From Candidatus Daviesbacteria bacterium (lineage in GTDB: Bacteria; Patescibacteriota; Microgenomatia; Daviesbacterales; UBA10151), in the NCBI GenBank assembly GCA_030648435.1, contig JAUSHE010000008.1, forward strand, positions 3,449 through 67,448: 64,000 nt of DNA. The letters run 5' to 3'. Numbering within the stretch: position 1 is the stretch's first letter; every line of letters starts with the position of its first letter. The position numbers were made by a program, and so were the translations under genes. The notes beneath the pieces were generated by a model that saw only the letters and a list, made by a program, of their open reading frames with translations, had not been told where the DNA came from and ran no database searches. Shown one piece after another: positions 58,718 through 64,000 of the stretch.

Positions 58718-59821
58718 CTAACTGACGCTATTCTGCCTGGAGATATTAAGCAGTATACCCATGGCTGTTAAATTAACAACCAAAGCAGAACCGCCATAAG
58801 ATATAAAAGGCAGAGGAACACCGGTCAGAGGCATCAAGGAAGTCATGGAAGATAAATTAATAATAGTCTGTATCCCCAACCAGGAAGTAAGCCCCAAGGC
58901 CAGTATTTTTCCAAAATTATCTCCGCAATTTGAGGCAACCTTAAAACATCTCAACAGCAGAAAAACAAAAATGCCTATCAATACAACACATCCAAAGAAT
59001 CCCAATTCTTCTCCGGCAATTCCAAAAATTGAATCAGTACTAACCTCCGGAATATATGAGAACTTTTGTCTGGAATGACCCAGTCCTAAACCAAATAATC
59101 CGCCCGAACCTAAAGCAATCAAAACCTGTGAAATGTGATAAGTAAAACCCTGAGGATCTGAGAAAGGATCAAGAAAAGCCAAAATTCTCTTACTTCTGTA
59201 AGCTGATGTTGAAACTAAAAGAAAAAAGGCCACAACTACTGCCGGTATTAATAGGGCGAAATGCCAAATCGGACCCCCTGCCGTAAAATAAACTGCAGCT
59301 CCCGTTGCGGCAAAAACAATGGTAGATCCCAGATCTTTCTGGAAAACGGCAGTTACTAGCGAAACAGCAGAAACCACTACAAGAAAAGGCAGTAGTCTTA
59401 CTTTTTTTTCAAATAAAGCAGCCAAAAAAATAACTCCTGTTAGTTTAATAATTTCAGCCGGCTGCACTGTAATTCCTCCAAATTTTAACCACCGGTGAGC
59501 ACCTCCGCCTGCAACTCCAAATCCCGGGATAAAAACAGCCAGCAGCATGATAAAAGAAAAAACAAATAGCGGCAAAGCTAAAGTCTTAAATTTTTTGTAA
59601 TTAAAACTGGCAAAAAAAATCATGGAACCTATTCCCAATCCCGCCCAAATAAGCTGTTGACGAATATAATACAGACTATCCTTGGCATCCCGAAGGCCCT
59701 GCACGGCTGAAGCATCATAAACCATCAACAATCCGAAAACCACCAGAATGATTGTTGTAAAAAGTATGGAAAAATCAAAAGATCTGTTCTGAAACTGAAG
59801 ATTATTTTTTTTGTATTTCAT
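58718..59821 (-). CDS. ftsW: SEDS-family protein FtsW
   Basis: SEDS topology. LPLTGVPLPFISYGGSAL motif. Sits between mraY and murG. Confidence 0.8.
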   Translation of the reverse strand: MKYKKNNLQFQNRSFDFSILFTTIILVVFGLLMVYDASAVQGLRDAKDSLYYIRQQLIWAGLGIGSMIFFASFNYKKFKTLALPLFVFSFIMLLAVFIPGFGVAGGGAHRWLKFGGITVQPAEIIKLTGVIFLAALFEKKVRLLPFLVVVSAVSLVTAVFQKDLGSTIVFAATGAAVYFTAGGPIWHFALLIPAVVVAFFLLVSTSAYRSKRILAFLDPFSDPQGFTYHISQVLIALGSGGLFGLGLGHSRQKFSYIPEVSTDSIFGIAGEELGFFGCVVLIGIFVFLLLRCFKVASNCGDNFGKILALGLTSWLGIQTIINLSSMTSLMPLTGVPLPFISYGGSALVVNLTAMGILLNISRQNSVS

Positions 59822-60828
59822 TATTTGCTAATCAAAGCTAACCATAATCCCAAGATAGCAAACATACCTTGTGCCAACCAAAATCTCATGACGATTTTAG
59901 GCTCTGCCCAACCAATATATTTAAGATACATATGAAAAGGTGCTAAAGGAAAAATTTTCTTCTTAAATATCTTTTTTGAAAAAATCTGAATTAAAGAAGA
60001 AAAAGCAATTATTACAAACATACCACCGATAATGACCAATGCTAAAACTTTACCTGTGAGCAGACCTACAACTGCCAGCGTAGCACCAAAAGCAAAAGCT
60101 CCTGCATCACCTAAAAATATCCTGGCCGGCCAGACATTAAAATAAAGAAAAGCAAACAGTGCCCCAATCCAAATTCCAATAAAAGAAGCCAAGGTTAAAT
60201 CCAATTTTTGTGAGGCAATTGCCAGAAAAGCAAATAAACAGATTAAAAGTAAACCGGCTGATAAACCGTCCAAACCATCAGAAATGTTGTATGCATTGGC
60301 AAAGGATATAATCACAAATGCAGAAAGGGGTATATACCACCAGTTGATGATAAAATTACCCAACCCCCAGATATAGATATTGTTAAGACCACCCATAAAA
60401 TAAAGCATTGCTGCAATCACAAAAGCCAGAATAATCTGAACCAGGAGCATCTTTTTTCTACCCAATCCTAAAAATTTTCCTTTTCTTCTTGTAAGAATAT
60501 ACTTAATATCATCAGCCAAGCCCAACGTCCCAAATGACAACAAAGTAAAAAGCAGAATTTTCAAACTAACTCTATCTACCAGTGGGTTTAAAAAACTCAA
60601 TCCCGCACTTAGCACGATTAATATTAAAACCAGAAGAATTCCTCCCCCCGACGGGGTATTTTCATCAGCTTTCATTAAAACATCATGAATTGGTGTTTCG
60701 GATTTTTTTTCTTCACCCTGATTATTCTCAAAACGCCTTTTGAGAGAAAAAAGTAAATCAATAAACGGCACCATCAGGACAGCAGTTAAAACAAACGATA
60801 ATATCACCAGTCCTAAAAGTTGTGTCAT
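59821..60828 (-). CDS. mraY: Phospho-N-acetylmuramoyl-pentapeptide transferase
   Basis: NAYNISDGLDGLSAG (MraY DDxxD-like loop). 10 TM helices. Confidence 0.9.
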   Translation of the reverse strand: MTQLLGLVILSFVLTAVLMVPFIDLLFSLKRRFENNQGEEKKSETPIHDVLMKADENTPSGGGILLVLILIVLSAGLSFLNPLVDRVSLKILLFTLLSFGTLGLADDIKYILTRRKGKFLGLGRKKMLLVQIILAFVIAAMLYFMGGLNNIYIWGLGNFIINWWYIPLSAFVIISFANAYNISDGLDGLSAGLLLICLFAFLAIASQKLDLTLASFIGIWIGALFAFLYFNVWPARIFLGDAGAFAFGATLAVVGLLTGKVLALVIIGGMFVIIAFSSLIQIFSKKIFKKKIFPLAPFHMYLKYIGWAEPKIVMRFWLAQGMFAILGLWLALISK

Positions 60829-61958
60829 GTTTTTTTGGCTATTCTTGAAACCACCTCATCTAATCTTACAGATTTTGATCCTTTAATCAGACAAACATCT
60901 CCTTTGCCTAAGGTTTTCAAAAGCCTTGAAACAAGTTGAGAGCTTTGCAGGTCAGATTCCATTTTTTCCTCCCAGAACCCTAAACTTTTAAGTTCTTCGG
61001 CAATAAAACGGGTTTCTCCTTGCCCTAAAAAAACCAGATCAAGCTTTTCTTTATAGATCTTCCGGGCAATTTCCCGGTGCATTACTTCTGAGTTAACACC
61101 CAAATCCCGCATCTCACCCAAAACAACAATTCTCCTTCTGGCCGGCACCGCAAGCAGTGTATCAATTGCCGCTTCAACTTCTACGGGAGAAGTCCCATTG
61201 GTATCATCCAGAATAATGGAGTTATTTGGTCCAAGAAGAGTTTGCATGCAATGCGGAATGCTCTCAAGCGATTCAAGAGCCGGCTTGATCTTAGTTAAAG
61301 GAATCCCCAGTACCACTCCCAGTAAGGATGCCGCCAAGGCCGCATAAACTTCATTGATCCCTAACAGTTTAAAGTTTATTTTTACTCTTTCTACTCCCGA
61401 ATTTAGCTCAAAAGAAGTTCCAAAGTTTTCCACTCCGATATTACCTGCCCAAACAGTACAGTTCTTCGGATCGGTTCCGTAGAATAAAACATTTCCACGG
61501 CATTGTCCGGCTATTTCTTTTAGAGCAAGATCATCCCAATTTACAATCGCCACCCCCTGTTTCCCCAAACTCTCCATTAATTTCTGCTGTTCTGACAAAA
61601 TTTCTCCTACAATACTGGATTCTGTGCCCGGCATATAAGTTGTTTTGGTAAAAAGAGCAATTTTAGGTTTAACTTGTGACAGATAAAAATCCATTTCCCC
61701 TTTGTGTTCCGCTTCCAATTCTAGGATAACTTTTTCTGTTTTAGGATTTATCCGCAGAAGTGTATGGGATATATTATGAACGGGATCTGAATAGGGGTTT
61801 GTAGTAATTGTTTTATATTTTTGGGAACAGACCGCTGCAGCTGCCTCTACACAAGTTGATCTTCCGACAGAACCGGTAATTCCGATAAAAAGATTCGGGG
61901 GATACAATTTTACATATTGTCTTGCCAAATGAGTCTGCAAGGACTGCAAAAACCTCAC
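60825..61958 (-). CDS. murF: Mur ligase, MurF-like (short form without N-terminal domain)
   Basis: IGITGSVGRSTC P-loop, ILDDTNGTSP (DDxYN), VVLGEMRDLG (GEMxELG), C-terminal domain. 377 aa. Confidence 0.65.
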   Translation of the reverse strand: MRFLQSLQTHLARQYVKLYPPNLFIGITGSVGRSTCVEAAAAVCSQKYKTITTNPYSDPVHNISHTLLRINPKTEKVILELEAEHKGEMDFYLSQVKPKIALFTKTTYMPGTESSIVGEILSEQQKLMESLGKQGVAIVNWDDLALKEIAGQCRGNVLFYGTDPKNCTVWAGNIGVENFGTSFELNSGVERVKINFKLLGINEVYAALAASLLGVVLGIPLTKIKPALESLESIPHCMQTLLGPNNSIILDDTNGTSPVEVEAAIDTLLAVPARRRIVVLGEMRDLGVNSEVMHREIARKIYKEKLDLVFLGQGETRFIAEELKSLGFWEEKMESDLQSSQLVSRLLKTLGKGDVCLIKGSKSVRLDEVVSRIAKKT

Positions 61959-63208
61959 ACACCCTCCCTTACAATATCTGCACCCAAAGATTTTAGTTTC
62001 AGTGTAACATCTTCATAGCCTCTTTCAATCAGCTCTGCCTGATTGATAATACTTTTGCCCTTTGCTCCCAGTGCTGCCACCACTAAAGCCATTCCGGCAC
62101 GGATATCGGGGCTTTCCAGGTTTCTGCCTCTTAATCTGCCTGGTCCGCTGACCAAAACCCGGTGAGGATCAGCCAGTGTGATTTTGGCTCCCATTGAAAT
62201 CAGTTTATCCGTAAAAAACATTCTGCCCTCATACATCCAGTCATGGCATAAAGTTATCCCCTGGGATTGCGTTGCCAGAACAATCGCCACACTCATCAGA
62301 TCCGTCGGGAATCCGGGCCAAATATTGGTTGTTAATTTTGAAATTGATCTAAGCTTGGAAGGGTAAACTATAATACTTGCTGCATCTCTCTCCATTCTAA
62401 TTCCGAAATTCCGTAAAGGTACAAGTACGGGATCCAAATCCTCGTCCCTTAAGCCTTCAATCCTAATTTGACCACCGGTAATGGCAGAAGCAATTATGTA
62501 TGTTCCGATCTCTAAATAATCGGCACTGATCCTGTATTTTGTTCCGTTAAGTCTACCCACACCTGTTATTTTTAAGGTATCCCCTCCAGTACCTTCAATT
62601 TTTGCTCCCATCTGAGTAAGCATCCGGCAAAGATCGATGATATGCGGTTCTTTAGCACAGTTCCGGAGTATGATCTGTCCATCTCCTAACACTGAAGCAA
62701 GAACCAGATTCTCGGTGGCTGTAACTGAAGCTTCAGATAGGAAAATATCAGAATTTTTCTTTTGATCCAGCGTTAAAGAATATTTTGAATTATCTTTCTT
62801 AACAGAACCCCCCAATTCCTTAAAAGCTTCCAGATGAGTTTCTATGCTTCTTTTGCCGATAATATCGCCTCCGGGATGATAAAAATTCACCCTATTCAGT
62901 CTGCCTAAAAGAGCACCAACCAATACTATTGAGCCCCGAAGTTTTGTCATTAAATTTTCCGGCAAAGAAAATTTATTGATATCGGATGCCTTAATAACTA
63001 AAGTTGATTTATTTTTCTCTACGGAGATTCCCAGTTTCCTTAAAATCGCTATTAAAACTTCCGTATCTTTTAAATTGGATACATTTTCTAAAATAACCTC
63101 ATCCGAAGTAAGAAGTGCAGCTGCCACACAGGGAAAAACGGAATTTTTGCTTCCGGAAACATTAACTTTACCTTCCAGTTTATGTCCGCCAATAATTTTA
63201 TACTTCAT
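61955..63208 (-). CDS. murA: UDP-N-acetylglucosamine 1-carboxyvinyltransferase
   Basis: MKYKIIGGHKLEGKVNVSGSKNSVFPCVAAALL. EPT-fold, 417 aa. Confidence 0.9.
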   Translation of the reverse strand: MKYKIIGGHKLEGKVNVSGSKNSVFPCVAAALLTSDEVILENVSNLKDTEVLIAILRKLGISVEKNKSTLVIKASDINKFSLPENLMTKLRGSIVLVGALLGRLNRVNFYHPGGDIIGKRSIETHLEAFKELGGSVKKDNSKYSLTLDQKKNSDIFLSEASVTATENLVLASVLGDGQIILRNCAKEPHIIDLCRMLTQMGAKIEGTGGDTLKITGVGRLNGTKYRISADYLEIGTYIIASAITGGQIRIEGLRDEDLDPVLVPLRNFGIRMERDAASIIVYPSKLRSISKLTTNIWPGFPTDLMSVAIVLATQSQGITLCHDWMYEGRMFFTDKLISMGAKITLADPHRVLVSGPGRLRGRNLESPDIRAGMALVVAALGAKGKSIINQAELIERGYEDVTLKLKSLGADIVREGV

Positions 63209-63217
63209 TTTTTAACA

Positions 63218-63805
63218 TCATATGCCCCGAGCCTTTATCTTAAACACTGCGGATAATATTATATGATTTTTCGGCCGCAAAGATCCAACTTCGATCTTCT
63301 CTATTTCTGAGGCAGAATCTAATACTTTAATACTTTTTGTCCTATTTTGCAAAAAACGGTTAAAGAAAAGGTTGCCACCGATGCTGCCGGGAATACCGGC
63401 AAATTCTACACTTTCCAGTTTTTCCGAATCCAGGTATTCCACCCATTTATTTATACTGACCCCCCCGTCCACCTCTATCATCGCCTCCTCAACATCTATA
63501 CCGGATTTTGTTACCTTACCTTTGACGGAAACCGTCTGAACAACTTTGGTCCGGTTTTTGATAACAATGCCATTAAATCCTAAATCAGAAATGGTAATCT
63601 TACTGCCTGTTCCGAATAAAAAATAAGGTACCGTGAGCCCCCTGCACATGGTGATAATCTTAATCAGTTCTCTTTGGGTAAAAGCAATAAAAAATACTTT
63701 TGCAGGTCCGCCTACTTTTAACGCCGTATAATTACCAATAAGTTCATTAAACTTAAACCTGTCTTTACCGAAAGAGTCAATAATGAGTTTTATTTTGTTA
63801 TCCAT
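63218..63805 (-). CDS. murB: UDP-N-acetylenolpyruvoylglucosamine reductase, unusually short (195 aa)
   Basis: FAD-binding domain (TALKVGGPAKVFF...LFGTGSKI...GIPGSIGGN). Only a short tail remains after it. Confidence 0.65.
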   Translation of the reverse strand: MDNKIKLIIDSFGKDRFKFNELIGNYTALKVGGPAKVFFIAFTQRELIKIITMCRGLTVPYFLFGTGSKITISDLGFNGIVIKNRTKVVQTVSVKGKVTKSGIDVEEAMIEVDGGVSINKWVEYLDSEKLESVEFAGIPGSIGGNLFFNRFLQNRTKSIKVLDSASEIEKIEVGSLRPKNHIILSAVFKIKARGI

Positions 63806-64000
63806 CTATAATTTGTCTTACGGTCTCCGTATCAGACCAGGGGACCTCCGTTTTGCCATCTAAATTCATTGATTTTTCATGCCCTTTGCCAAAAATTCCG
63901 ACAGTATCTCCGCTCTTTGCATTATTGACTGCAAATTCAATCGCTTTTTTCCTATCCGGGATTACAAAAAAGTTTACATCCTTTTTAGCTCCTGCTTTAA
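63802..64000 (-). CDS. Mur ligase C-terminal end (likely murC), partial at the window edge
   Basis: ...KKAIEFAVNNAKSGDTVGIFGKGHEKSMNLDGKTEVPWSDTETVRQII is a typical MurC/MurE C-terminus (GKGHE). The stop overlaps the murB ATG. Confidence 0.5.

Overview
This is a low-GC bacterial window that uses standard stop codons (TGA terminates well-supported ORFs). The gene content looks like a reduced-genome, fermentative bacterium, possibly of the CPR/Patescibacteria type, but no taxon can be assigned from sequence alone.

Core genes (all on the minus strand unless noted):
- A rearranged division/cell-wall cluster at 54.3-64.0 kb: murC (partial), a short murB, murA, murF, mraY, ftsW, murG, ftsQ, ftsA, ftsZ.
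- ileS, rodA, rplU, rpmA, parB; lepB (+).
- The gatC-gatA-gatB-dnaE operon.
- obg, htpX, lemA, a PolX polymerase, rplS.
- A pyruvate formate-lyase (pflB, +), its activase (pflA, +), an ADP-forming acetyl-CoA synthetase and an SDR dehydrogenase.
- Seven tRNAs (Lys, Glu, Asp, Thr, Gly, Val) and two membrane-anchored thermonucleases.

Accessory content, in order of interest:
1. A REP/RAYT unit at 18.6-19.4 kb. An IS200-like HuH tyrosine transposase is flanked by a 22-bp palindrome (core TGCAAGGGGACGCCTTGCAG). At least four further copies are dispersed through the window, and three lie in-frame inside protein-coding genes (a PEP/pyruvate-binding protein, the RAYT itself, and gatA).
2. An island next to tRNA-Lys at 3.9-9.2 kb. 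It holds a four-gene operon of unknown function plus an excisionase-like HTH, bracketed by two paralogous SD-led micro-ORFs, and sits beside a Type II R-M pair (MvaI/BcnI-like REase with a beta-class SPPY MTase). I flag this as a candidate undescribed defense module.
3. A surface-glycan locus at 35.1-39.4 kb: a PIG-V-like mannosyltransferase, a Wzy_C/O-antigen-ligase-family protein carrying an in-frame G9 tract, a GT2 and a flippase. About 5 kb downstream lies a 538-aa secreted protein with ten 33-aa Cys repeats, conserved N-x-S/T sequons and a Pro/Thr tail. This is a candidate protein-glycosylation system.
4. A decayed integrative remnant at 31.2-34.4 kb: a truncated serine recombinase, a PD-(D/E)xK fragment and a triple zinc-ribbon protein among tRNA-Asp, tRNA-Thr and tRNA-Gly.
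5. hicB followed by a truncated hicA.
6. A four-helix-bundle (23S-IVS-type) gene flanked by AT-rich inverted tandem repeats.
7. A GC-rich, terminator-ended candidate ncRNA at 9.2-9.5 kb.
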